53,504 bases of DNA. Source: Candidatus Zhuqueibacterota bacterium (lineage in GTDB: Bacteria; Zhuqueibacterota; Zhuqueibacteria; Residuimicrobiales; Krinioviventaceae). A program made the translations under genes and the position numbers. Location: assembly GCA_034506455.1 (NCBI GenBank), contig JAPDPN010000004.1:1-53504 (forward strand), in the 5' to 3' direction. Below are positions 37,301 to 45,931 of the stretch, in pieces. Every line of letters begins with the position of its first letter. The stretch's first letter is position 1. A model generated the notes under the pieces. It searched no databases and had not been told where the DNA came from. It worked only from the letters and a program-made list of their open reading frames with translations.

Positions 37301-37918
37301 GTCGTTGGCGACGAAATAGGTTTCCAGATCGGCATAATGAATGCCGCGGCCGAAGCGGCCGTCCCACTCGCCGGGCCATTTCTTTTCCAAGCCGGTCGAC
37401 GGCCATCCCTTCAGCGGCCAAGAATCGGGCTTGTTGCTCATGGCCGGATAGTCCTGCAAAGGATTCAGATACCCGGGCACCGGATAAAATCCCCATTCCA
37501 CGGTGCCGTCATAGTTACGGTCCATATTGGCCGGCGAGAAGCTGCTCGATTGGATGTAAAAGAGCGTGTCGATTTGTTTGACCGCCGAAAGCTGCGCCAC
37601 CAACAGCGGATCGGTCACCGGCTCGCATTCGTTTTTCAAATAGACTTCACCGCCGATCATCACCGAGACGACGTCCAACATACGCGTGCCGGTATAGTCG
37701 TTCGGCCATTTGGAAGTGTTGATGCGCGGATAGTCGGCGATCTGCGTGTTGTTTTCAAAATAGAGCAATACCCGATTGCCGTTCATCGTGCCGGCGCGTT
37801 CCCAGGCAATGTCGCCGGCCGGATCATCGGGGCCCTCATAAGGCTTGCCTTGGCCGAACGCTCCGCAGGCGATGATGAGTATGAAAAACAAAAATGAAAT
37901 GTTGAAAAGCCGCTTCAT
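34361..37918 (-). CDS. large secreted protein (1185 aa) with Ca-binding-like Asp-rich repeats and a T9SS-like C-terminal domain
   Basis: It has a signal peptide and D-x-D-x-DG-like stretches (GDNDEDGLIDEKRDN, DGYDKNGNGVY, GDDVGLDGVGPLD, DLNGNGVYDWDQD). The C-terminus is KVVPNPYIATNE...KIRIFTVSGVLVDEI...GMYIFHVKS...GKFAVIK. Confidence 0.6.
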   Translation of the reverse strand: MKRLFNISFLFFILIIACGAFGQGKPYEGPDDPAGDIAWERAGTMNGNRVLLYFENNTQIADYPRINTSKWPNDYTGTRMLDVVSVMIGGEVYLKNECEPVTDPLLVAQLSAVKQIDTLFYIQSSSFSPANMDRNYDGTVEWGFYPVPGYLNPLQDYPAMSNKPDSWPLKGWPSTGLEKKWPGEWDGRFGRGIHYADLETYFVANDAQDMEYIIQRNDPQERLITKGLRYYPRPGKVIGYNDPDVTIQRGYPWGGLGLRVSVRGFQWNNPEAKDMIFWEYNISNISDYDLITCGFGYFIDNSIGGDTGGDKEEGAFDDVLDLCYVWESIGVGEGGLIPGVVGIAYLESPGRAYDSGDNDEDGLIDEKRDNPAGALVGPTDGIANLDNFLRFYHYKPENLHPHYEGDEDQDWQDGYDKNGNGVYAYQGANGMWYLEDGEYPGDDVGLDGVGPLDINYNGPDEGECNHRPDFIEGVGCEPNFAAVDVSEADMIGLTSFALFDWPQWQSMNYFIGQDRTMWKLMDSHNLDTYIYSGGPGSVYEVFASTPFPFYKGRTERISMGIMFTRDNLAQLRAPGHYAPKMFRLKETAQLIYERDYRFAQPPILPKLRATAGDGKVILTWDDLADKRTHEPFLQNVNDFEGYKLYRATDKMFSDAELITTGQGDKFAKVPLFQCDLIDHIQGYADYGIVEGVAYYLGDDTGIRHYYIDDDVKNGVTYYYAIVAYDYGIPEFGVSPTENNVVIELNEAEEIVRIGQNVAVVTPHARAAGYLAPNIVIDQQASSPTVPQGLITPAVVDIGHAQKNHTYEITFTADVIDYLRGERYRHPLDGQLLTNGFQVWDVTGGKRELVYEETPNSFPEDHLYYDADAKFWRYRTDAPILTDIFDGIQLTVDMSRAVDSVMIDYVNSGWITGNSPIEVLIGPETKYFPYEYEIVFTGSEVYRTKTSVISQIRDVFDNPLRRNDLLLNVSYPFYVRNLASVDSTGEYEKLDLLTHDLNGNGVYDWDQDLILAGHAVNYMGKIYWAGTVLSIDMRNAGSADRLPKPNDVYRLRLIRPLTSADKLVFTVSPEDAQNVRDIKTTMDSIKVVPNPYIATNEMEPAVANKYLNQRRRIMFTHIPAQCKIRIFTVSGVLVDEIDVNNEPENGAVHWDLLSREGLEIAAGMYIFHVKSKVSGDEKVGKFAVIK

Positions 37919-37954
37919 GTCGTTCTCCCTTTAGACTGACGATTCGTGTTGTGG

Positions 37955-40678
37955 CTAAAAAATTATGCCGAAACCTAACTTGACCTGCCGCGGCGCCGAA
38001 AAGCAGGAGGGATTCTGCACGCGATCTTCGAACGTGTTGAAATCGCTGCGGTGATTGGTTCGGTCTGATTCAAAAATGATCGTTGTGTACGGCTGACCCG
38101 TGTCCCCATAGACCCAGATTGCATTCTTTCGATCGAACAGATTGTATACATTGAGCTGCAATTGCCCTTTGATCTGCTTGAAAAGCGGAATATTGTAATA
38201 CAAAGCCAGGTCGAAACTATAACCCGCAGGTTTGTAGGCGTTGTTTTCGTAAAGATTGATGAGCGACAACGGACTGATTTCGATTGGGGAGTAGGTGTAG
38301 GGAGTTCCGGAATTGTAGTAGCCGATCAGCGAAGCGCTCCAGGACTTTTCGGCCCAGCGCACGGTCAGGTTAAAAGTATGCCGCTGATCCCAGGACATTG
38401 GAATGAGACGGGCGATCGGATCCATGCTGTTGCCGGCGCGCGTAAAGGTGTGCGTCGGGTTGTCGGCATTGCCGCGCGTATAAGCCAACGTGTAGTTGAT
38501 GCCGGTGAAAAACTTGCCGTATGCATAGTCCCACTTGACTTCCAGACCGCGGGCATTGCCATAGTCCTTGTTGGTGTACAATCCGTACTCGATTTGATTA
38601 TAGGTGGAAATGATGGCGGTACTCAGCAGATCATAAATGTCGCGATAGTACAGCGCCAGCTCCAATCCCATGCCCTTAATGATCTCCTGCCAGATGCCGA
38701 TTTCGTATTGGATGGTTTTTTGCGGTTTCAGCAAAGCGTTTCCCATGGTAATTCCGTAATCGTTCACCGGCACGCGGAATATGTTGTTGGCATAGAGGGC
38801 GTACATCGGCGGCATTTGGAAAAAGTGCCCGTAGCTGATGTGCAGAACCGCCTGGTCGCTCAACCGATAGGCAAGACCGAAGCGCGGACTGGTCTGGGTC
38901 TGCGGCGGCGCTTTCGGATAAGTCGACATCATGCTGTCCGGGAGAATCAATTGATTTGCCGGATTGCGCCGATCCGAGGGATAGACCTGATTCGAATTGA
39001 AATAGTCATAGCGCACTCCCAGATTGATGACCATTTCGTTGAATTCCATCTTGTCCTGGAGATACGCCGAAAACTCGTTGGGATAGACGGTATAGACATC
39101 CATCGTTTTGTTGGTGATCGGCATGATTTCCAATTGATAAAAAGGAAAGGAGATCTTGCCGGTCTGCGGATCCTGGATCCGATCGTTCTCCATCGAGAGG
39201 CCGGAGTAGACGTTACGGACGTCGACACGGTAGCGGTCGATTTTGTGATGGGTATAAAGAAAACCGGTCTTGAAGCTGTGATTCTTGTTCGCCTGCCAGT
39301 AGAGGTCAAGCTTTACGTTTGTATCCTCAAAGGTGTCGCGACTCTTGCCCGGGTCATCGTTGCCGCCCGTGGCAAAGCCGGTCGTGTTCGTGCCGCGATG
39401 CATCGGATGCACGTAGCGCGGATCGATCGGATCTTTATAGAGATAACTTTGATTGATGTTTTGCAGAAAGCCCAATTTGAGGTCGTAAAACAGCGAAGGC
39501 CGAATCATGTGGTTGAGCGATAAAGAGACATAATGCGAAGTGTTGTAATACGTCCGGAGAGGCAACGGATTGTATTTCCAGTAGTGATTGTAATTCTTGT
39601 TGCTGCCGTCATTGTATGTGTACATGGCGGCGAGTTTGAGATTGCGTCCGGGTTTGAATGTGAGCTTGCCGCTGAAATTGTCGTAGCGGTCGTGATCCAT
39701 GGAAACGTACTCGCCGGTGCCGGTGTGCTCGATGTGCCAGTCAGCCGGATTGTCGCTGGGAAAGTCGTTATAGTCCCAAGGATTGAAGCGATGAATGCCG
39801 TTGAGATAGCCGTTGAGGTTTTGGTGCCGATAGTTGAAGAAAAAGTTCAGGCGGTCACGGATGATGGGGCCTTCTAATTGGACTTTATAGTCCTGGCTGA
39901 GGTTGAGATCAAAGGAACTGCCCAGACCCGGAAAGACATCCGTGTGAGCGGTATAATAATTTGCCAGTGCTCCGGATAGGGACCCATGGTATACATTGCC
40001 GCCGTCCTTGGTGACGACATTCACCACGCCGCTCATCGCCCGGCCGTATTCGGCGTTAAAGGTTCCAGTAATCACTTCGAGGTCTTGAACCGCCTCTTTT
40101 TCCACGCTGACCGCGCCGTAGGTGCCCCAAAAGCTGTTGTCGACCTGCATGCCGTCGATCATGTAGGTCACTTCGGTGTTGCGGCCGCCGCGGAAATGGC
40201 CGTTGACGACGCCCGCCTGCAGATTGATCACCTGACCCAGTCCTTCCACCGGCAACAGAGCCATCTCTTCGGAGGAGACGTTACGCACCGAGCTGGTTTG
40301 GTCTTTTTTCACCTGAATTTTGTCTGCCGTCACCACCACTTCGGCGCCTTCAATAACCGTCGGCTTGAGTTTGGCGACCACTTCATAGGTGCGGTTGACC
40401 GACACTCGAACCTCATTCAGCACCAGGGTTTCGTAACCCATCATCTGAATGCGCAGAGTGTAAAGGCCAGGCGAGACGTTGATGATAAAGAACGAACCGT
40501 CTGCTGCCGCCGCCGCGCCCATCGAGGTGCCGACAACAACAATATTAGCGCCGGGCAACGGATCGTTGGTCTGCTGATCGAGAACAACGCCCGCTATTTT
40601 GCCTGTCGTTTGTCCGAAAAGCAGCGGAAACATCGCAAGCAACAAAAAGCAGATCTTGAGGCAATGGGTCTGGGTCAT
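37955..40678 (-). CDS. TonB-dependent receptor with N-terminal CarboxypepD_reg domain
   Basis: GKIAGVVLDQQTNDPLPGANIVVVG...GLYTLRIQMMGYE, then a plug (NVSSEEMALLPVEGLGQVINLQAGVV...TYMIDGMQV), a long barrel and a terminal Phe (KLGFGIIF). Confidence 0.85.
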   Translation of the reverse strand: MTQTHCLKICFLLLAMFPLLFGQTTGKIAGVVLDQQTNDPLPGANIVVVGTSMGAAAAADGSFFIINVSPGLYTLRIQMMGYETLVLNEVRVSVNRTYEVVAKLKPTVIEGAEVVVTADKIQVKKDQTSSVRNVSSEEMALLPVEGLGQVINLQAGVVNGHFRGGRNTEVTYMIDGMQVDNSFWGTYGAVSVEKEAVQDLEVITGTFNAEYGRAMSGVVNVVTKDGGNVYHGSLSGALANYYTAHTDVFPGLGSSFDLNLSQDYKVQLEGPIIRDRLNFFFNYRHQNLNGYLNGIHRFNPWDYNDFPSDNPADWHIEHTGTGEYVSMDHDRYDNFSGKLTFKPGRNLKLAAMYTYNDGSNKNYNHYWKYNPLPLRTYYNTSHYVSLSLNHMIRPSLFYDLKLGFLQNINQSYLYKDPIDPRYVHPMHRGTNTTGFATGGNDDPGKSRDTFEDTNVKLDLYWQANKNHSFKTGFLYTHHKIDRYRVDVRNVYSGLSMENDRIQDPQTGKISFPFYQLEIMPITNKTMDVYTVYPNEFSAYLQDKMEFNEMVINLGVRYDYFNSNQVYPSDRRNPANQLILPDSMMSTYPKAPPQTQTSPRFGLAYRLSDQAVLHISYGHFFQMPPMYALYANNIFRVPVNDYGITMGNALLKPQKTIQYEIGIWQEIIKGMGLELALYYRDIYDLLSTAIISTYNQIEYGLYTNKDYGNARGLEVKWDYAYGKFFTGINYTLAYTRGNADNPTHTFTRAGNSMDPIARLIPMSWDQRHTFNLTVRWAEKSWSASLIGYYNSGTPYTYSPIEISPLSLINLYENNAYKPAGYSFDLALYYNIPLFKQIKGQLQLNVYNLFDRKNAIWVYGDTGQPYTTIIFESDRTNHRSDFNTFEDRVQNPSCFSAPRQVKLGFGIIF

Positions 40679-40787
40679 AAGGATTCCCTCTTGCTTTTTA
40701 GAGATACAAAAACCAAATGATCATCTTGCAAACATCGATTTTAAGAATCGACCGGTGGGAAAGCTAGACGGTTTACTTGTTAAATCG

Positions 40788-40816
40788 AATGTATTGAAAT
40801 GAACTAACTATTGCAA
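40788..40816 (-). promoter_or_regulatory. candidate sigma-70 promoter for the TBDR operon (TTGCAA-17-TACATT)
   Basis: The minus strand has TTGCAA (40811..40816) and TACATT (40788..40793), about 110 nt upstream of the ATG at 40678. Confidence 0.3.
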
Positions 40817-41320
40817 AAAGTTTTTTAACTTTTTTGAAAAAGTTTTGACATTTGCAATAATTTCTCTATCACATCGAAGGGTGAGCAAGCTGATTAACAA
40901 GGGGGAGCTGTGCGCCGAGTTGACATGACTGATTCCTGTTTGTTCAATTATAAATACCATATTTTTTGCTATATAGGCATTTCGCTGCTGAATGAAATAT
41001 TATGGTGACACCATAGCTGATCCTTATGGTCATTCGGCCGAAGAATAATGATTTTGAACGAAAAAAAATTTTTATAGTACCGATAAACTTTTTTTCCCGA
41101 AATGAAAGAATGGCTGTTTATTCACCAATTAACTTGAATTTTTGACCGGCGGAAAAAAAAACAAGAGATTAATGGATAACTAATCGCCATGTTTGGAAAA
41201 TAGTATAACCTGCCGAGATTTAAAAGTACAAGAAGGGGGGTATGCATTCATTCCCTGATCGGCACAATAAAGAGGCTGGTAAAGAGAGGAGTATTAATTC
41301 GAATCACGTACATGAAAATA

Positions 41321-41346
41321 AAAAAGCCGTCTTTACGACGGCTTTT
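41321..41346 (-). terminator. rho-independent terminator downstream of tRNA-Val
   Basis: The minus strand reads AGCCGTC-GTAAA-GACGGCT followed by TTTTTATTTT, starting immediately after the tRNA 3' end. Confidence 0.7.
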
Positions 41347-41347
41347 C

Positions 41348-41424
41348 TGGTGGGCGATACTGGAATCGAACCAGTGACCTCCGGTATGTGAGACCGGCAC
41401 TCTGACCAACTGAGCTAATCGCCC
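41348..41424 (-). tRNA. tRNA-Val (anticodon CAC), CCA encoded
   Basis: The reverse complement is GGGCGATTAGCTCAGTTGGTCAGAGTGCCGGTCTCACATACCGGAGGTCACTGGTTCGATTCCAGTATCGCCCACCA. It folds as a cloverleaf: acceptor GGGCGAT/ATCGCCC, anticodon stem CCGGT/ACCGG, loop CTCACAT and T-loop TTCGATT. Confidence 0.9.
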
Positions 41425-41432
41425 TCTGACAA

Positions 41433-41461
41433 AATATATTGCAAATTTCAATGAAATGCAA
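41433..41461 (-). promoter_or_regulatory. candidate sigma-70 promoter of tRNA-Val (TTGCAT-17-TATATT)
   Basis: The minus strand has TTGCAT (41456..41461), a 17-nt spacer and TATATT (41433..41438). The -10 box ends 8 nt before the mature tRNA 5' end. Confidence 0.5.
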
Positions 41462-41575
41462 GTTTTAAATCGACAAGCCGCTTGTCGCCAAAAAACCTTC
41501 GCTTTTTTTCAAATATTTAAATACATTCTGGAAAAATTATGAAAACGTTTGTCCAAAAAGCAAAGGGATCGGATC

Positions 41576-43402
41576 ATGCATCTGCACGCAATCGACCTCG
41601 GCATTATTGCGCTTTATCTGGCTGCCACGATCTTTATCGGCTTTTACATCTCGAAGCGAGCCTCGCGAGGCCTCGATTCCTACTTTTTAGGTGACCGCGG
41701 CATGCCGTGGTATGTGCTGGGCGTGTCGAACGCTTCTGGAATGTTCGACATTACCGGCACCATGTGGCTGGTTTATATTTTGTTCGTCTACGGCCTTAAA
41801 AGCGTCTTTCTGCCCTGGGTTTGGCCGGTTTTCAACCAAATCTTTCTCATGGTTTACCTGTCGGCTTGGCTGCGCCGGTCGAACGTCATGACCGGAGCCG
41901 AATGGATTACGCTCCGTTTCGGCAAGGGTAAAGGCGCGACGCTTTCCCATCTCAGCGTCGTGGCGTTTGCACTGATCAGCGTCGTCGGTTTTCTCGCCTA
42001 CGATTTCAAAGGCATCGGCAAGTTTGCGACCCAGTTTCTGCCATGGGACTTGACCAACGTCATTCCGGGGATCTCTTCGGCCAACATGTACGCCTTTATC
42101 TTTATGGGCATCACGGCGCTTTATGTCATCTCCGGCGGCATGTTCAGCGTAGTATTCACCGAAGTCCTGCAGTTCATGATCATGACCGTTGCCTCGATTG
42201 CCGTCGGCGTGATCGCCATGGCCAAAGTCTCACCGCAAATGCTGGAACGAGTCCTGCCCGCCGGATGGAAAAACATCTTTTTCGGCATGCATTTGGACTT
42301 GGACTGGACGGGCATCCTCAATTCCGCCAACAGCAAAATTGCCTCGGACGGCTATTCGCTTTTCGGCTTTGTCTTTATGATGCTGATCTTTAAGGGCTTC
42401 CTGGTCAGTATGGCAGGCCCGGCACCCAATTACGACATGCAGCGCATCCTCGCCACGCGTTCGCCGAAAGAAGCGAGCATGATGAGCTGGTTCGTCAATA
42501 TCGTTTTGTTTATCCCGCGGTATATGATGATCGCCGGCGTGACCGTTTTGGCGTTGGGATATTTCCTGCCGGAACTGCGCGCCATGGGGGAGAACGTCGA
42601 TTTCGAGATGGTGCTGCCCTATGCCGTCAGCCGGTTCATACCCATCGGACTTCTCGGCCTGCTGCTGGCGGGTCTGATCTCCGCCTTTATGTCCACTTTT
42701 GCCGCTACGGTCAATGCGGCGCCCGCTTATATTGTCAACGACATCTATAAGCGCTACATCAACCCGACGGCGGACGACAAACGTCTGGTCTTCCTGAGCA
42801 AAGCGGCATCGCTGGCTGTGGTCATCGTCGGCATGGGATTCGGTCTCATCGTCGAATCGATCAATTCAGTGACCCTAATGATCGTAAATGCTCTATGGGG
42901 CGGATACGCCGCCGCCAATGTCCTGAAATGGTACTGGTGGCGGTTCAACGGCTACGGTTATTTCTGGGGCATGGTCTCGGGCATTCTGACAGCCGCCGTT
43001 TTCTACGCCTTTGACCCCAACATGGCGCCGATAAAGTCTCTGAGCATTTTTCCGGCCATTCTTGCCGTTTCCATGCTCTTTTGCGTCATCGCCAGTCTGC
43101 TGAGCAAACCCGACCCCGATGAGGTTCTAAAAGAATTCTATCGCCGCGTCCGTCCCTGGGGATTCTGGAAACCCATACATGACAAAGTCGTCGCCGAACA
43201 TCCGGAATTCAAAAAGAACACCAATTTCAAGCGCGACTGGGTCAATATCTTTGTCGGAATCATTTGGCAAACCTCACTCGTTGCCTTTCCGATCTTTCTC
43301 ATCATCCGCGAATGGACCTCTCTCATCATTACGATTCTTGTGATCGCCCTGACCAGTTTTGCCCTTAAAAAGAACTGGTACGATAAGCTCGAAGAGGATT
43401 GA
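41576..43402 (+). CDS. sodium:solute symporter family (SSF) transporter
   Basis: About 13 to 14 predicted helices. The SSF-typical N-terminus is IDLGIIALYLAATIFIGFYISKR...YFLGDRGMPWYVLGVS. The start is set at ATG 41576; the track start at 41549 is a TTG. Confidence 0.85.
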   Translation: MHLHAIDLGIIALYLAATIFIGFYISKRASRGLDSYFLGDRGMPWYVLGVSNASGMFDITGTMWLVYILFVYGLKSVFLPWVWPVFNQIFLMVYLSAWLRRSNVMTGAEWITLRFGKGKGATLSHLSVVAFALISVVGFLAYDFKGIGKFATQFLPWDLTNVIPGISSANMYAFIFMGITALYVISGGMFSVVFTEVLQFMIMTVASIAVGVIAMAKVSPQMLERVLPAGWKNIFFGMHLDLDWTGILNSANSKIASDGYSLFGFVFMMLIFKGFLVSMAGPAPNYDMQRILATRSPKEASMMSWFVNIVLFIPRYMMIAGVTVLALGYFLPELRAMGENVDFEMVLPYAVSRFIPIGLLGLLLAGLISAFMSTFAATVNAAPAYIVNDIYKRYINPTADDKRLVFLSKAASLAVVIVGMGFGLIVESINSVTLMIVNALWGGYAAANVLKWYWWRFNGYGYFWGMVSGILTAAVFYAFDPNMAPIKSLSIFPAILAVSMLFCVIASLLSKPDPDEVLKEFYRRVRPWGFWKPIHDKVVAEHPEFKKNTNFKRDWVNIFVGIIWQTSLVAFPIFLIIREWTSLIITILVIALTSFALKKNWYDKLEED

Positions 43403-43419
43403 CAGTCGGCTGATGCGGC

Positions 43420-44643
43420 ATGATGCAGGACTCAACTCATCATGCCGCAGTAAAGATGAATCCCCCACTTATGAAGCCCGTTATACTGCACGTTGCGCCC
43501 ATGCCGCCGCAACTCGGCGGCATGGAAGCCTTTGCAGGTCATCTGATGCCTGCGTTATCGCCTCATGTCGATGTCATTGTCCTCGATATTGCAAAACCGC
43601 TTTTATTTGCGCAACCCAACTATAGGGTCAATGTCGGTTATACGCTTTTTAAAAGACCTTGGCAGCAGACGGCACTGAGCTATACCTACTCTGCCGCTGC
43701 CTTTAAAAAATTTCTGCTTTTATTGCGTTATCGCAAGATTGACCTTATTCATCTCCACACTGCATCCTATACTTCGTTCTGGGAAAAATGCCTATACATC
43801 ATTGCGGCGCGGTTGGCCGGCAAACCTGTCGTGCTGCATGTTCATGGAGCGCTGTTCGACCAGTTTTATGACTCCAGTCCCCGCATTGTGCGGTTGATGA
43901 TTAACCTTTTCCTAGCTCAGTGCTGGTCGATTATTGTCTTAGGCGAAAAATGGCGGCGGTTTTTTCAAAAGATCGTCTCGGCGCAAAAACTCACGGTTAT
44001 CGAAAACGGCATAGCCTTGCCTGCTGCGCCGAAGCGAACGCCGCACGCCGATCCGCTCGTCTTTCTCCATTTGGGCGAGATCAGCGAGCGCAAAGGCATC
44101 AGCGATTTATTGCGCGCATTTTCTTTGGTCAAGGAACAACGCAGCGATTTTATACTGCGCCTCGTAGGCGGCGGACAGCTCGAAAATGCGGCGCAGCTTG
44201 TCGAGACTCTCGGTTTAGGGGAAAACGTGGAGATCCATGGGCCGAAAGTCGGCGAAGAAAAGTGGAAAATGCTTTTTGACTCCGATGTCTTTGTCTTGGC
44301 GTCCCATGCCGAAGGGATGCCTATTGCTCTCATTGAAGCCCTGGCGGCAGGCATGCCCGTTATTGCCGCCAAAGCGGGAAGCGTACCGGAAATGATTCAC
44401 GATGGGCGGAACGGCTTCCTCATTGAACCAGGGGATTTTCATGGCTTGGCTGCAGCTGCCTTGACCTTATTATCGCAACCTCATCTTTGCGAATTGATCG
44501 GTCGTGAGAACCGGTCTTTAGCCGAGAAAAGGTTCGACATACGCATCTGTGCCGAAAAAATGGCGCGGCTTTATCAACGTCTTTTGTCAAGCTGGAACAA
44601 TTGCAAAGCAGGACAAAATAATATCCGGCACCTTCTCCAATGA
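43420..44643 (+). CDS. glycosyltransferase family 4 (GT-B, group 1)
   Basis: The C-terminal GT1 signature is FVLASHAEGMPIALIEALAAGMPVIAAKAGSVPEMIHDGRNGFL. The start may be a downstream Met at 43456 or 43471 (MKPVILHVAP). Confidence 0.8.
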   Translation: MMQDSTHHAAVKMNPPLMKPVILHVAPMPPQLGGMEAFAGHLMPALSPHVDVIVLDIAKPLLFAQPNYRVNVGYTLFKRPWQQTALSYTYSAAAFKKFLLLLRYRKIDLIHLHTASYTSFWEKCLYIIAARLAGKPVVLHVHGALFDQFYDSSPRIVRLMINLFLAQCWSIIVLGEKWRRFFQKIVSAQKLTVIENGIALPAAPKRTPHADPLVFLHLGEISERKGISDLLRAFSLVKEQRSDFILRLVGGGQLENAAQLVETLGLGENVEIHGPKVGEEKWKMLFDSDVFVLASHAEGMPIALIEALAAGMPVIAAKAGSVPEMIHDGRNGFLIEPGDFHGLAAAALTLLSQPHLCELIGRENRSLAEKRFDIRICAEKMARLYQRLLSSWNNCKAGQNNIRHLLQ

Positions 44644-44664
44644 ATTATTGAATGCTTTTTTACC

Positions 44665-44693
44665 TTGCAATTTATTGAATTTATTGCTAATAT
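44665..44693 (+). promoter_or_regulatory. candidate sigma-70 promoter (TTGCAA-17-TAATAT) upstream of sppA
   Basis: TTGCAA at 44665..44670 and TAATAT at 44688..44693. Confidence 0.35.
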
Positions 44694-44720
44694 TTCAACA
44701 TGGACGAAAAAGTTTGAGAT

Positions 44721-45593
44721 TTGACAGTGGCTGCCAAGCAGGACAAATATATTTTGATTGCGATTCTTTTGATTTTCGGTGTCGGCGGTCTTTTGCTGCT
44801 GCTTGCAGTCAATAGTTCCTCTCTGCATGACGGCGGCGCCAAAATAGGAATTGTAGAGATCAAAGGAACGATTTTCAATTCCGAGCCGATCGTCAAGCAG
44901 CTGGAAACGTTTCGCAAAGATGCCTCGATCAAGGCCGTCGTCGTCCGCATCGAAAGCCCGGGCGGTGGCATCGCCGCTTCGCAGGAGATTTACGAACATG
45001 TGCGGCGTGTGCGGGATTCCGGCAAACCGGTCATCGCCTCAATGGGCAGCGTTGCCGCTTCCGGCGGCTATTATGTCGCACTGGGGGCTGATTCGATTAT
45101 GGCAAATCCCGGAACGACAACCGGAAGCATAGGAGTGATTGCCGAATTCCCCAATGTCGATAAACTGATGGACAAACTAGGTATTGAAATGACGGTCGTC
45201 AAAAGCGGCCGGTTCAAGGATACGGGGTCGCCGTTTCGGCAGCCGACGGAGCAGGAGATTCGATATTTACAGCAATGGATCGACGACGGCTATGCCCAAT
45301 TTATTGAAATTGTCGCGAAGGAAAGAAATCTCCCTGAAAACCAGGTGCGGGAACTGGCTGACGGACGCATCTACAGCGGCAGACAGGCATTGGCTTTGGG
45401 GTTGATCGATACTTTGGGAACCTATCGAGATGCCGTCGCCTTGGCGGCAAAAGCCGCAGGCGTAAAGGGAGAACCCAAGCCGGTTCGTCTGCAGAAAAAG
45501 AAAATGACGCTGGTCGAGCTGATCCTGGGTGAAGATGCCCGCGAGAGATTGATCAGGCAGCTTGCGCCGCAGATGCTTTATTTGCTCCAATAA
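44721..45593 (+). CDS. sppA: signal peptide peptidase SppA (S49, 36K type)
   Basis: It has an N-terminal TM segment, then KAVVVRIESPGGGIAASQEI and the Ser-nucleophile context MGSVAASGGYYVA. The start is TTG at 44721 or GTG at 44727. Confidence 0.85.
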   Translation: MTVAAKQDKYILIAILLIFGVGGLLLLLAVNSSSLHDGGAKIGIVEIKGTIFNSEPIVKQLETFRKDASIKAVVVRIESPGGGIAASQEIYEHVRRVRDSGKPVIASMGSVAASGGYYVALGADSIMANPGTTTGSIGVIAEFPNVDKLMDKLGIEMTVVKSGRFKDTGSPFRQPTEQEIRYLQQWIDDGYAQFIEIVAKERNLPENQVRELADGRIYSGRQALALGLIDTLGTYRDAVALAAKAAGVKGEPKPVRLQKKKMTLVELILGEDARERLIRQLAPQMLYLLQ

Positions 45594-45618
45594 GTCATGA
45601 CGCAGGAGATCACTCATC

Positions 45619-45912
45619 ATGACAAAGGCGGACATTGTCGAAAGAATCGCAGAAGGTGTAGGACTTACCAAACTTGAAACCCAGGCGGTTATCGACGGTT
45701 TTTTAGCCATCGTAAAATATGCTTTGCAAAAACATCAGCGCGTCGATTTGCGCGGCTTTGGTAATTTCGTCGTAATCCAGCGCAAGGCGCGTGTTGCCCG
45801 CAATCCCGGTACGAATGAAGAGGTCCGGGTGCCGCCGCGATATGCCGTCGTTTTCAAGCCTTCCCAGGAGCTGAAAAAGCTCATCAACAAAGAGGACGAT
45901 ACAATAGGATAA
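45619..45912 (+). CDS. HU/IHF-family DNA-binding protein
   Basis: MTKADIVERIAE...LRGFGNFVVIQRKARVARNPGTNEEVRVPPRYAVVFKPSQELK is the classical HU/IHF arm motif. Confidence 0.9.
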   Translation: MTKADIVERIAEGVGLTKLETQAVIDGFLAIVKYALQKHQRVDLRGFGNFVVIQRKARVARNPGTNEEVRVPPRYAVVFKPSQELKKLINKEDDTIG

Positions 45913-45931
45913 CCAGGAGGAGGTGATAAGT

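Noticed and set aside
36521-39523. 458-aa (36521..37897) and 453-aa (38162..39523) plus-strand ORFs
   Set aside because: They are antisense shadows of the 1185-aa CTD protein and the TonB-dependent receptor. Both have low-complexity, motif-free translations. The same reasoning applies to 4918..5601, 17545..18297, 25547..26341, 32888..33613, 39986..40720 and 52123..52983.
40845-40872. Plus-strand TTGACA-16-TATCAC promoter-like sequence in the AT-rich gap
   Set aside because: The -10 lacks the conserved final T. No plus-strand gene or recognisable RNA follows before the oppositely oriented tRNA.
41248-41451. 67-aa minus-strand ORF
   Set aside because: It overlaps the tRNA-Val gene and its terminator on the same strand, so it is an artefact.
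41471-41487. Hairpin CGACAAGcCGCTTGTCG between the tRNA promoter and the SSF gene
   Set aside because: It is short, has no adjoining U-tract on either strand, and sits upstream of both divergent genes. There is not enough to call a terminator or a regulatory RNA.
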